From: a bacterium
GTDB taxonomy: Bacteria; Bacteroidota; Ignavibacteria; Ignavibacteriales; Melioribacteraceae
Direction: 5' to 3'
Assembly: GCA_027398005.1 (NCBI GenBank)
Contig: DAHYUM010000001.1
Coordinates: forward strand, 203 to 64,202
Length of the DNA stretch: 64,000 nucleotides
Part shown: piece after piece, positions 27,717 through 37,385 of the stretch
How the letters are laid out: the number at the start of each line of letters is the position of its first letter
Numbering within the stretch: the stretch's first letter is position 1
The notes under the pieces: model-generated
Databases searched by the model: none
Told to the model about the DNA's origin: nothing
Seen by the model: the letters and a program-made list of their open reading frames with translations, nothing else
Translations under genes and position numbers: made by a program

Positions 27717-29359
27717 AGTTTTTCAGGAGGAATCCTCTTTCCCCCGAAGAGAAAAAAGAGGCTAGGAAACTGCTCATACCCGGCTTAATAACGGGCATAT
27801 TCATGGGAATTTCCTTTCCCCCTTTTCCATTCCCCTACCTAATGTTCGCGGCGCTTGTGCCTTATTTCTTTGCACTGGGCAAAAAGGAAAGGCTTGCGCA
27901 GGTAAACAGGTTTACTTATTTCACTTTTTTCTTTTTCAACCTGATTGCGCTTTACTGGGTGGGCAGCTGGACTAAGGAGGCAGATCCTTTTCTTATGATT
28001 AGCGGTGTTGCGCTCATGTTCTTTAATCCGCTTCTGTTCCTTATTCCATCAACTCTCTTTTATTTTGCGCGGAAGACATTCGATTCTAAAACGGCTTATC
28101 TACTTTTCCCCTTCTTCTGGGTGTTTTACGAATTTATATATACGTTAACCGATTTGCGGTTCCCCTGGCTTACATTGGCAAACGGACTTACAAAGTTCAA
28201 TCTCTTTATTCAGCCGGCCGATATTATAGGCGCATACGGAATTTCCCTTTTGGTCCTTTATGCAAATGTTTTCTTCTTTCTGGCCGTTAAGGAATTATTT
28301 GTTTCAAAGCGTTACTTCAACGCCAAATTAATTCCCGCACTGCTTATTATTATTGTGCCTGTATTATACGGAGTATTAAAGAGGTTAACATTCAACACCA
28401 GTCTGCCTTCAATAAAGGTGGGGCTTGTACAGCCCAATTTAGACCCATGGCAGAAATGGGAGGGGGGCAATTTAAGCGAACAGCTTACCCGCTATCTCAA
28501 TCTATCCAATAAAGCTGCCGCCGAAGGGGCAAAGCTTATTGTATGGCCCGAATCGGCATTGCCTGTTTATCTGCTTGCCGGTAATTTCCCATCGGCAGAA
28601 GAAAGGATACACGAATTTGTTAATAAAAATAATGTGCATCTTTTAACCGGGATGCCCGATATGATTATTTATCCCGATAAAGCGGCCGCTCCCCCCGATG
28701 TTAAAACGGTTACTAAAAGCGGAACCCTATATGCAACATATAATTCAATCCTTTTGTTCGAACCGAAAAGCCATCTGGTCCAAAGGTACGGCAAAATTAT
28801 GCTTGTCCCCTTCGGCGAAAGAGTACCCTTTGTTGATGATTTACCTTTCCTGGGGGAATGGCTTAAGTGGAACGTAGGCATTACAAGCTGGAATGTAGGG
28901 AGGGAAAAGAAAATTTTTACTCTTAACGATTCCACACGTATTGGAGGGGTGATTTGCATCGAATCGATTTATCCCGATTTCGTCTCGGAGTTCGTTAAAA
29001 AAGGGGCGCAGATTATAGCAGTTGTTACAAACGACAGCTGGTACGGCTATTCAAGCGGACCTTTCCAGCATAAGGAAATAAGCGTTTTAAGGGCAGTGGA
29101 AAACAGAAGGAGTGTTATACGCGCCGCCAACGGGGGAATAAGCTGTATAATCGACCCCCTCGGGAGGACAACGGAAGCCACCAAACTTTTTACCGAAGAT
29201 GTTCTTGTGGGAAACGCCCTGCTTAACAATAAGGTTACCTTTTATACTAATTATCCATTTATAATTCCAGCGCTGGTATCGGTAATCTCTATCGGAATGA
29301 TAATTATTTTCTTCTCAAATAAATTTCTAAGTAAACGAATAAAAACGGATGAATTATGA
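27713..29359 (+). CDS. lnt: Apolipoprotein N-acyltransferase
   Basis: An N-terminal polytopic domain plus a CN-hydrolase domain (WPESA, K..LVPFGE, ICIES). Confidence 0.9.
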   Translation: MKFFRRNPLSPEEKKEARKLLIPGLITGIFMGISFPPFPFPYLMFAALVPYFFALGKKERLAQVNRFTYFTFFFFNLIALYWVGSWTKEADPFLMISGVALMFFNPLLFLIPSTLFYFARKTFDSKTAYLLFPFFWVFYEFIYTLTDLRFPWLTLANGLTKFNLFIQPADIIGAYGISLLVLYANVFFFLAVKELFVSKRYFNAKLIPALLIIIVPVLYGVLKRLTFNTSLPSIKVGLVQPNLDPWQKWEGGNLSEQLTRYLNLSNKAAAEGAKLIVWPESALPVYLLAGNFPSAEERIHEFVNKNNVHLLTGMPDMIIYPDKAAAPPDVKTVTKSGTLYATYNSILLFEPKSHLVQRYGKIMLVPFGERVPFVDDLPFLGEWLKWNVGITSWNVGREKKIFTLNDSTRIGGVICIESIYPDFVSEFVKKGAQIIAVVTNDSWYGYSSGPFQHKEISVLRAVENRRSVIRAANGGISCIIDPLGRTTEATKLFTEDVLVGNALLNNKVTFYTNYPFIIPALVSVISIGMIIIFFSNKFLSKRIKTDEL

Positions 29360-30390
29360 AACAGTTTATTGATTTAAGAAGCGATACAATTACAAAGCCT
29401 ACCGAAGCAATGCGTAAAGTAATGTACGAGGCCGAAGTGGGGGACGATGTTTATAAAGAAGACCCTACAGCAAACGAGCTTGAACGATATGCCGCAGAAC
29501 TGCTTGGCAAGGAAGCAGCCCTTTACGTTACAAGCGGCGTAATGGGCAACCAGATTTGCCTTAACGTACTAACACAGCCCGGGGACGAAGTAATATGCGA
29601 AAAAGACGCGCACATATTCCAGTACGAATCGGGCTCGCCCGCATGGCTCAGCGGAATTCAGATGGGGCTTGTTGAGGGTGTAAGGGGGGTGTTTACCGCC
29701 GAACAGATTAAACCTTATATACGCCCCGCATCGGCATATTATATGGCGCGCACAAAAGTAATTGAAATTGAAAATACGCATAACCGTGCCGGCGGAACAA
29801 TTAATCCTATTGAAAATATTAAAGCAATTAATGCCCTTGCAAAGGAAAACAGCCTTTACATGCACCTCGACGGGGCAAGAATTTGGAATGCTTCGGTCGC
29901 TTCGGGGGTTGAGGTTAAAGAATACGCGAAATATTTCGATTCGGTATCGTGCTGCCTTTCAAAAGGGCTCGGCGCTCCTATCGGCTCAATAATTGCCGGC
30001 TCTAAGGATTTTATTAAGCAGGCGTTCAGGGTGCGCAAAGCATTGGGGGGCGGTATGCGGCAGGTAGGCATTATTGCCTCGGCAGGTTTGTACGCCCTTA
30101 AGAATAACATTTCAAGATTGAGCGAAGACCACGAAAAAGCTAAAATGCTTGCCGCAACTATTAATAAACTCGAATCGCTAGAAATTGATATGGAGAGAGT
30201 GCAGACGAACATCCTCATTTTCAAGGCTAAGAATATGAGTCTTGAAGACGCCCTTGCAAGGACGAAAGAAAAAGGGCTTCTCCTTTCGGAAGGCACGGTA
30301 GGCTCCATGCGCGCAGTTATCCATATGGATGTATCGTTTGAGCAGACCGAAAAGGCATGCAAAATATTAGAGGAAGTATTCGGAAAATAA
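29356..30390 (+). CDS. ltaE: Low-specificity L-threonine aldolase
   Basis: The N-terminus IDLRSDT.TKPT..M and GDDVY.EDPT is diagnostic. Confidence 0.85.
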   Translation: MKQFIDLRSDTITKPTEAMRKVMYEAEVGDDVYKEDPTANELERYAAELLGKEAALYVTSGVMGNQICLNVLTQPGDEVICEKDAHIFQYESGSPAWLSGIQMGLVEGVRGVFTAEQIKPYIRPASAYYMARTKVIEIENTHNRAGGTINPIENIKAINALAKENSLYMHLDGARIWNASVASGVEVKEYAKYFDSVSCCLSKGLGAPIGSIIAGSKDFIKQAFRVRKALGGGMRQVGIIASAGLYALKNNISRLSEDHEKAKMLAATINKLESLEIDMERVQTNILIFKAKNMSLEDALARTKEKGLLLSEGTVGSMRAVIHMDVSFEQTEKACKILEEVFGK

Positions 30391-30399
30391 GAGGAAGCA

Positions 30400-30858
30400 A
30401 TGAATATTGATAATTATAACCACGTAATAAAACAGGAAGTAGAATTCCACGAAGTTGACCTGATGGGGGTGGTAAACAATGCAGTTTACTTCTCCTATTT
30501 CGAAAACGCGAGGATTAAATACATTAAGACGCTTACAGAAAAATACAAGCTTAAGGAAGTAGTTGTAGGGCATTCATTCTTTATAATGGCCCGCAACGAA
30601 TGCGATTATATTATACCCGCCCGTTTTGAAGACGAGCTTAATGTTTATACCCGTGTGGAGTTTATCAAGAACAGCAGTTTCGGATTCAGACATATAGTAG
30701 AGAACGCAAAGACAGGCCTTATACACGCAAAGGGAGGGGGAGTTTTTGTGCACATAAATAAAGAGACGCAGACCCCCGTGCCGCTCCCCGAAGAATTTTA
30801 CGAGGCTGTAAAATCCTTCGAAAAAAATGTTGAAATATTACGTAAGGTAAAAGAATAA
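30400..30858 (+). CDS. Hotdog-fold acyl-CoA thioesterase (YbgC/4HBT type)
   Basis: 152 aa. The pattern VEFHEVDLMGVVNNAVYF is typical of the family. Confidence 0.8.
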   Translation: MNIDNYNHVIKQEVEFHEVDLMGVVNNAVYFSYFENARIKYIKTLTEKYKLKEVVVGHSFFIMARNECDYIIPARFEDELNVYTRVEFIKNSSFGFRHIVENAKTGLIHAKGGGVFVHINKETQTPVPLPEEFYEAVKSFEKNVEILRKVKE

Positions 30859-31971
30859 AATTACCGTAACCGCAAGGGTAATTCTTGTGGCATAGACCGA
30901 CAAATGGGGAAAGCGGAGTTTAAAGCTTCCCCAGGTTTCGGCTACCGCAATCATGCACGCAACCAGAATCATAGTGGCAAAGAATAATTCCGGAATTCCG
31001 AACCGGGAATTAACAAAATACTCAAGACTGTTGCCGTTCCAAATCTTTCTGTATATAACCTGCAGGTGGAGAAAATATATAAGAAGCGATTCTCGGCTTA
31101 TATTGGTTACAAAAGAAGTCTTTTCCCCAAAGCGGCTGGTATAATGCCAGCATAACCCCAGCGCCACGAGAACCAGCCCGGTCCTTTGAAGAAAGAAGAA
31201 AGGATCCGGTTTCACCTCGAATGATGGATCGGCTTTGAGGAAATAAAGAACTATCAGGCTTATAAAAAAGACCACCATGCCAATAATCATCGATTTATTT
31301 ATAAAATATTTCTCTTTCCCCTTTTCGCGGAATTTAAGGTAGAGAATTGAAGCTGAAGCTCCCGCGAACAGGAATGCCATCCATGGGAAGAGGGGGAAAA
31401 AAGAACCGTGAACCGCATTGAAATAATTTGCAAGGGGCATAGGCATAAAACGGGCAAAATCGACATGCCATATAAAGGGGCTTACAATTGCAATTATTGC
31501 CGTTGATGCGAAAATGAAATAATTATAAGCCTTATCCGATTTTATAAATAGCCTGCTGAAGAATAATATAAGAAGGCTTGCCGCAATGCATTGCAAAATA
31601 TCTACGTTATACCATTCTATAATGCTTTGCGGTGTAGCGTAATTGATAATATTCCTGAATGAATACTGAGGCATGTGGAGCGAATAGCCGACAAGGAATA
31701 GGAGAAGAATTCTGCCCAGTTTTTTCCAGAACCGCCTGCCGAATTTCCGCATCTCTTCCAAACCGCTTTTTGCCGATATTATGAACGCGAACCCCGAAAT
31801 GAAAGTGAATGATGGGGCTACAAGGCCGTTGATGAAGTTAAGGATGGTAAACCAGTCGGTATCCTTCAATTCGGGACGGATAAAGGCGTTTACTACATGG
31901 ACTTCAATCATTATAAGGAGGGCCCACCCTTTGAGCAGGTCGATAAATGTAAATCTTTTTTTAGTTTCCAA
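30838..31971 (-). CDS. DUF1624 / heparan-alpha-glucosaminide N-acetyltransferase-like membrane acyltransferase
   Basis: 377 aa, polytopic. The N-terminus RFTFIDLLKGWALLIMIEVH is family-typical. Confidence 0.7.
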   Translation of the reverse strand: METKKRFTFIDLLKGWALLIMIEVHVVNAFIRPELKDTDWFTILNFINGLVAPSFTFISGFAFIISAKSGLEEMRKFGRRFWKKLGRILLLFLVGYSLHMPQYSFRNIINYATPQSIIEWYNVDILQCIAASLLILFFSRLFIKSDKAYNYFIFASTAIIAIVSPFIWHVDFARFMPMPLANYFNAVHGSFFPLFPWMAFLFAGASASILYLKFREKGKEKYFINKSMIIGMVVFFISLIVLYFLKADPSFEVKPDPFFFLQRTGLVLVALGLCWHYTSRFGEKTSFVTNISRESLLIYFLHLQVIYRKIWNGNSLEYFVNSRFGIPELFFATMILVACMIAVAETWGSFKLRFPHLSVYATRITLAVTVILFFYLT

Positions 31972-32120
31972 GTTGCCCCAATGTATAAAATTGCACTCGC
32001 CAACATAAGCGATATGGAATAGATTTTCAATCCCCCCCTGCAGGACGGGGTACTGAAATTTTGCATTATTATTAAGCTCTTTTTTTCGTAATTTTTAACC
32101 GATTAAAGGGGGGCAAAAGG

Positions 32121-32819
32121 ATGAAAGCAGTTATTGATATTGAAACTTCGGCATTCGGGTTCGATACACTAAGCGAAAGCCAGCAGGAATATATTTTAAG
32201 AAGCGCGGAACAGGAAAAGGATGAGAACACAAGGGATGAGAAGCGGGAAGAGGCAATTCGGTATTTAAGCCTCTATCCATTTACGGCAAAAGTTATTGTG
32301 ATAGGTATGCTGAATGTAGAGACTGAAAAATCGTACGTATTATTCGAAAGCGATACCCCCTCCGAATGGGAAAACGATGAGAAGAAGGTAAAGTACAAAG
32401 GCTTAAGCGAACATGAGATGCTGGAGCAGTTTTGGGCGCTGGCAAAAAAGACCGAGCAGGTAATTACTTTTAACGGGCGCAATTTCGATATCCCCTTTTT
32501 AATGCTCCGTTCGGCTATGCTTGGCGTAAAGCCCTCAAAGAATTTTATGGGCAACCGTTACGATTCGGCTCTGCACCTCGATTTGCTCGACCAGGTTTCG
32601 TTTTACGGAGCCGTGCGTAAATTCAATCTCGATTTTTACTGCCGCTCATTCGGAATTGAATCCCCCAAATCGAAAGGCATAACCGGAATGGATGTAAAAG
32701 AACTTTACGATGCAGGCAGGATTAAAGATATTGCCGTTTATTGCGGGGATGATATTAAAGCTACATTCGAACTTTATAAAATTTGGAAAGATTTTCTTAA
32801 TATTCATAATTCGCATTAA
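32121..32819 (+). CDS. RNase H-fold 3'-5' exonuclease (PolB-exonuclease-like, DEDDy)
   Basis: Motifs DIET, FNGRNFDIPF and YCGDD occur in order. Confidence 0.7.
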   Translation: MKAVIDIETSAFGFDTLSESQQEYILRSAEQEKDENTRDEKREEAIRYLSLYPFTAKVIVIGMLNVETEKSYVLFESDTPSEWENDEKKVKYKGLSEHEMLEQFWALAKKTEQVITFNGRNFDIPFLMLRSAMLGVKPSKNFMGNRYDSALHLDLLDQVSFYGAVRKFNLDFYCRSFGIESPKSKGITGMDVKELYDAGRIKDIAVYCGDDIKATFELYKIWKDFLNIHNSH

Positions 32820-32829
32820 TGGAGTAATA

Positions 32830-33882
32830 TTGAACAATTTATTTAAAACGGTACTTCTCATTCTTCTTTTTACGGTCTGTTCAACCGCAACGGGACAGGA
32901 TAAAGGTACTGCCCTTATTAAAGGCACGGTTGAAGATTACGAGACGGGGGAAATGCTAATAGGGGCAAGCGTCTATTTTGAGGGAACCACTATTGGAACT
33001 ACCGCGGGATTAAAAGGGGATTTTACCCTTACCGTAAGCCAAAAAGGAAACTATGAGCTGGTTGTTTCGATGGTGGGTTATCTGCCTCAGAAGTTAGGCT
33101 ACTATATTGAATTGGGAAAAACATACAATTTAAAGGTTAAGCTGAAACAGAATGCTATTAATATGGCGGCGGTAGAAATTAAAGGGGAAGACCAGGGGGA
33201 GTGGAAAAGGGATATTGGAATATTCACCCGTAAATTTCTGGGCACAATGAAACCTGCTTCGGAATGCGTTATAGAGAATAAGGAATATATAAATTTTATT
33301 AACCGGGGCGATACGATTACAGCTTCTTCTTCAAAGCCGGTAGTGGTAGTAAATAATTATCTGGGCTACAGAGTTGTTTGCGAAATAATTAGTTACAAAT
33401 ATGATCCGGTTTCAACATACCAGGCATATTCATTCTTTTCCCGTTTTGAAGAAATGAAACCGAAAGATGATGCAGAGAAGGAGAAATGGATTAAGAACAG
33501 GGAGCAAATATTTTTCGGCTCGCCGGTTCATTTTTTATGGGCTTTAAGGAACAACCGCTTAAATGAGGAGGGTTTCAGGGTCTTCCCTCAGTCGGGCAGT
33601 ATTGCAAACCGTCTCTTTGCGGGGAACGAAATAAAAAGTCTTGATGAATTAAAATACGGAGAACAGATATTTGAGGAGCCGGCAGTTTCTTTTAAGAACG
33701 TATTGAAAATTGAATATAAAGGGGGGGATAAATCGTACATTGAACCGCGATACCCATTCTTTACAATAGATGCTTCCGGCATAGCAGATAACCATCTTCC
33801 CTTTATAAGCTACGGCTACTGGGCCGGATGGGGAGTGGCAAATATGCTGCCGAGGGGATATCTTCCCGCTTCGCTTAAATGA
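32830..33882 (+). CDS. CarboxypepD_reg-like domain protein, paralog 1
   Basis: I prefer the TTG start at 32830, with GGAG 6 nt upstream. It yields a clean signal peptide (MNNLFKTVLLILLFTVCSTATGQ). The N-terminal G.V.D..TGE.L.GASVYF motif marks the domain. The protein aligns over its full length with the next gene. Confidence 0.75.
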   Translation: MNNLFKTVLLILLFTVCSTATGQDKGTALIKGTVEDYETGEMLIGASVYFEGTTIGTTAGLKGDFTLTVSQKGNYELVVSMVGYLPQKLGYYIELGKTYNLKVKLKQNAINMAAVEIKGEDQGEWKRDIGIFTRKFLGTMKPASECVIENKEYINFINRGDTITASSSKPVVVVNNYLGYRVVCEIISYKYDPVSTYQAYSFFSRFEEMKPKDDAEKEKWIKNREQIFFGSPVHFLWALRNNRLNEEGFRVFPQSGSIANRLFAGNEIKSLDELKYGEQIFEEPAVSFKNVLKIEYKGGDKSYIEPRYPFFTIDASGIADNHLPFISYGYWAGWGVANMLPRGYLPASLK

Positions 33883-33934
33883 TTGTGTTTAATTACAGTT
33901 ATTGAAATAAAAATTCTTTTTACCGGACTCCATT

Positions 33935-35011
33935 ATGAATAGAAGAATAAAACCTGTTTATTATTTACTTTTTCTCATATTGCTTTCATCGTTAAATGCG
34001 CCTGCCCAGGTAAAGCCGCGCACCTTAATAAAGGGAAAGATTACCGATGCCAATACGGGGGAGCCATTGCCCGGGGCAAGCATTTATTTTGTTGAAACCA
34101 CAATAGGCACATCCGCAAAGCAGGATGGCACGTATACAATTGAAGCCGATAAACCGGGTTATTACCAGTTGATTGTATCTATCGTAGGTTACGAAATGGT
34201 AAAGAAGAATTATAATTTAGAAACGGGCAGGGAGTACACGCTCGATTTTAAATTAAAACCGAAACCTGTTAATGTAAGCGCAGTGGAAATTACGGGGGAA
34301 GACCAGGGGGAATGGAGAAGGGACTTAAAATTATTTACCGGTAGATTTTTGGGAAAAGGCGAAGCTGCAGAATATTGCACTATTGAAAATAAAGAAATGA
34401 TTAATTTCAAATGGGCGGGGGATACTCTGTGCGCTTCTTCACCAAAGCCGGTTGTGGTAATAAATAAGTTTCTTGGTTATAAATTAATTTGCGAACTTGT
34501 TAAATACAGGTATAATCCATATTCGGCATATCAGGAATATTCAATTTATCCCCGTTTTGAGGAGCTTACCCCCGCCGATTCATCCGAAAAGAAGACGTGG
34601 GAGGAGAACCGCGAGCAGGTATTCAACGGCTCGCCGATACATTTTTTATGGGCATTAAAGCATGATAGGCTTGAAGAGGAAAATTTCGGTATTTACTTTG
34701 CCGTTGCCCCGTTTAACAGGGTGTTTTACCCGGTAATGCCGGTAACCGACCTGAACCAGATAAAATACTTTACTAAAAACGATAATGAAATATCATATTC
34801 TTTTAAAGGATACCTTAAGGTACAGCACGGGATTGGGCATTATTCATTCATAAAAATGCGCGTCCCCTTCTTTTCTATAGACGATTACGGCATTGCCGAT
34901 TTCCACCTCCCCTTTATTTCAATAGGCGAGTGGGCCAAACTCGGCGTATCCGAACTTCTTCCGAGAGGGTATATTCCCGATTCATTAAAAAAATCGATTA
35001 ATAAGAAATGA
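33935..35011 (+). CDS. CarboxypepD_reg-like domain protein, paralog 2
   Basis: Signal peptide, then GKITDANTGEPLPGASIYF. It shares blocks with paralog 1 (EDQGEW.RD, GSP.HFLWAL, LPRGY.P.SLK). Confidence 0.8.
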   Translation: MNRRIKPVYYLLFLILLSSLNAPAQVKPRTLIKGKITDANTGEPLPGASIYFVETTIGTSAKQDGTYTIEADKPGYYQLIVSIVGYEMVKKNYNLETGREYTLDFKLKPKPVNVSAVEITGEDQGEWRRDLKLFTGRFLGKGEAAEYCTIENKEMINFKWAGDTLCASSPKPVVVINKFLGYKLICELVKYRYNPYSAYQEYSIYPRFEELTPADSSEKKTWEENREQVFNGSPIHFLWALKHDRLEEENFGIYFAVAPFNRVFYPVMPVTDLNQIKYFTKNDNEISYSFKGYLKVQHGIGHYSFIKMRVPFFSIDDYGIADFHLPFISIGEWAKLGVSELLPRGYIPDSLKKSINKK

Positions 35012-35727
35012 CGTACGAACAGAACAGAAAGGAATATGAAAAAAACCTGAAGACGGGCATAATTGTAAGCCTGTTTTTGCATTTAATTATAATTGTCCCT
35101 TTAATGTTCGAACGGGATGCCATACCAAGTTTTAAGGAAGGAATTGTAACAAGTAAAATCACGGATTTGGAGCTGGCCAATATTGTAGCCGAAAATTATG
35201 AAATTGCCCCTCCCGGCGGGGGCGCAGGGGGAGGAATGCCGGGAATTGAAGCGGGAAAGAAAATTGAAAGGGGAATTCCTGTACCCGTTAGCAAGGAGAT
35301 AAAAACGGATTATGATTTTATATCATCTGCCGGTCCTGATAGTGCAAAGCCGGGGAAAAATGTTAGAACAGGAACCGGATTAGGAACCGGAATAGGAACA
35401 GGAACGGGCTCGGGAACAGGAAGCGGTAAAGGAACAGGCGCAGGAGCCGGAAGCGGGGATGGAACCGCACTGCTTCCCTTTACTCCTAAGCAGATATTGG
35501 AAGTAATACCCGAAAAGAAAGATGATTACAAGGGTATTATTAAGCTTTCTGTACGTATAGGTAAAGACGGGCGTGTTAAGGATCATAAAGTATTGAATAA
35601 CAACACCGGCAGTGCCGGATGCCTTGCGGCCGTACTGGAGGCGGTGTACCGTTCCAAATGGCAGGCGGTTAAAATTGAGGGGAAAATGGTTGAATACTGG
35701 ACAGAAAAAACGTACAAATTCGAATAG
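35008..35727 (+). CDS. TonB-like energy-transducer protein with a Gly-Thr/Ser linker
   Basis: ATGA-coupled to paralog 2. It has an N-terminal TM anchor, a GTGLGTGIGTGTGSGTGSGKGTGAGAGSG linker (nt 35368-35463) and a C-terminal TonB_C-like domain. Confidence 0.65.
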   Translation: MTYEQNRKEYEKNLKTGIIVSLFLHLIIIVPLMFERDAIPSFKEGIVTSKITDLELANIVAENYEIAPPGGGAGGGMPGIEAGKKIERGIPVPVSKEIKTDYDFISSAGPDSAKPGKNVRTGTGLGTGIGTGTGSGTGSGKGTGAGAGSGDGTALLPFTPKQILEVIPEKKDDYKGIIKLSVRIGKDGRVKDHKVLNNNTGSAGCLAAVLEAVYRSKWQAVKIEGKMVEYWTEKTYKFE

Positions 35728-35816
35728 TGTAAAATATTTTAACATTTCTTAAATATCTTTTCCTTTGACATCGAATTATAATTCCCTTATTTTTCAACAA
35801 AAATTCAGGAGACTGT

Positions 35817-36362
35817 ATGGAATTCGGAAAACTGATTGCATCAATTGAAAAAGATGTAAGGGGAATGGCTGAAAAATATTATGAAGAACTCTTGAAAAGC
35901 GATAAAATGGAAAATTATGCCAAACTGGAGAGAGAACTTGTAATTACGCGCGAGGAAAATGTTTTTATTAATATGTTAAACTGGCTAAGCACAGGAAGAA
36001 GCGACGATAACGCGGAAAAATTTTTCGAAAATATCGGCTCGGAAAGATTCAGGGAAGGTTTTCCCCTTGCCGAAATTAATTTTGCACTTCATATAGATAA
36101 ACAGGTGGTTTGGGGCTACATTATCGCACGGAAAGAAACAGACCTTTTCAAGAGCAACGAGGAATTTCAGAATACGGCAATTCTTTTAAGCAATTATTTC
36201 GACCTGGGTAATTTTTACATGACCCGTGGCTATATGAACAGCTTATATGATGCGCTGGAAAATACCGGTAAATTCAAGAGGGAAGAACTTCAGTCCCTGG
36301 TTAAAAAAGGGGCATTCGATGAGGATTTCGATATGAGCGAAATCATCTGGTACCATATCTGA
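35817..36362 (+). CDS. Hypothetical cytoplasmic helical protein
   Basis: 181-aa ORF with an AGGAGA RBS upstream. I do not recognise the family. Confidence 0.6.
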   Translation: MEFGKLIASIEKDVRGMAEKYYEELLKSDKMENYAKLERELVITREENVFINMLNWLSTGRSDDNAEKFFENIGSERFREGFPLAEINFALHIDKQVVWGYIIARKETDLFKSNEEFQNTAILLSNYFDLGNFYMTRGYMNSLYDALENTGKFKREELQSLVKKGAFDEDFDMSEIIWYHI

Positions 36363-36394
36363 TCTCCTAATTACATTTAAACGGCGGGTAAAAT

Positions 36395-36820
36395 ATGAAT
36401 TGGAAGAAATTCTTAATCAGCCTTTTGGCTGTGTGGCTGGTATTGGAGTTATCAAGCTATTTTGTTCATATGATTTTCCTTAAAGGGGAATATATGAGCG
36501 AATCATTCAAGGACATTTTAAGGCCGAAAGATCAGCTGGCTTCGAATATGTGGCTAATATGGATGGCCGATTTTGTCTGGTCCGCTATTTTTATTCTTAT
36601 TTACAGGAAAGGTTTCAGGAAAAAAGGTATTATTGACGCTGTTAAATATGGTGTGTATATAGGTATTTTCAGCGGTTTTGTTAATTCATTCAAAACATAC
36701 GCGCTTTCCCCCTTTCCGTACATTGTTATTTTTTACTGGTTCTTCTTCTTTATGATACAATCAATTTTGCTGGCCCTTATTGTATATTATCTGTATAAAA
36801 AAGAACCGATGAACAATTAA
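36395..36820 (+). CDS. Hypothetical membrane protein (4 TM)
   Basis: 141-aa ORF with four hydrophobic segments. Confidence 0.6.
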   Translation: MNWKKFLISLLAVWLVLELSSYFVHMIFLKGEYMSESFKDILRPKDQLASNMWLIWMADFVWSAIFILIYRKGFRKKGIIDAVKYGVYIGIFSGFVNSFKTYALSPFPYIVIFYWFFFFMIQSILLALIVYYLYKKEPMNN

Positions 36821-36881
36821 ATTATAGTTTAATATTCTTTTCAATTATTCTCCTTTACTTTAAGAGGCAGTAACCTGCATT

Positions 36882-37385
36882 ATGAACGGAGAGCATTCCT
36901 TAAAAAATAAAGGCATTTACATTTTAACCGGAGCAGTTGGAAGCGGCAAGACCACTTTTATTTTCAATTGGCTTAAAGACCATCCTTTCTCAGGGGGCAT
37001 TATTACCCTTACCCGGCAGAACTGTAGGGTGTTATACGATGTAATCGGAAAAGAAGAGATAAATTTTGAAACCCCGCCGGACGAAAAAGCTGAAACTGTT
37101 AACATTGGCAGATACAAATTTTATAAATCGGCATTCGAACGCGCAGAAGAAATAATTGAAAATACCGATTTCGTTAAGACCGGCTGTTTTGTTCTTGACG
37201 AAGCGGGTCCGCTTGAACTGCGGGGAGAGGGCTTCGATAAAGCAGTTAGAAAACTGATTGAGATAAACCGCGAATACGGCACTGCGCTTGTTTTTATAGT
37301 GCGAGAAAACTGCGTTAACGATTTTATAACTAAATATTACTTAGCTGACTCCATTATTAGAACAAAGGAAAATTTTTCATTATGA
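36882..37385 (+). CDS. P-loop NTPase (THEP1/DUF2478-like)
   Basis: Walker A GAVGSGKTT and Walker B-like FVLDEAGPLE. It is ATGA-coupled to mobA. Confidence 0.6.
   Translation: MNGEHSLKNKGIYILTGAVGSGKTTFIFNWLKDHPFSGGIITLTRQNCRVLYDVIGKEEINFETPPDEKAETVNIGRYKFYKSAFERAEEIIENTDFVKTGCFVLDEAGPLELRGEGFDKAVRKLIEINREYGTALVFIVRENCVNDFITKYYLADSIIRTKENFSL

Noticed and set aside
32710-32829. Upstream ATG start for CarboxypepD_reg paralog 1 (ORF-track start 32710)
   Set aside because: It would overlap the exonuclease gene by 110 nt and add a non-signal-like extension. The TTG at 32830, with GGAG upstream, gives a signal peptide parallel to paralog 2.
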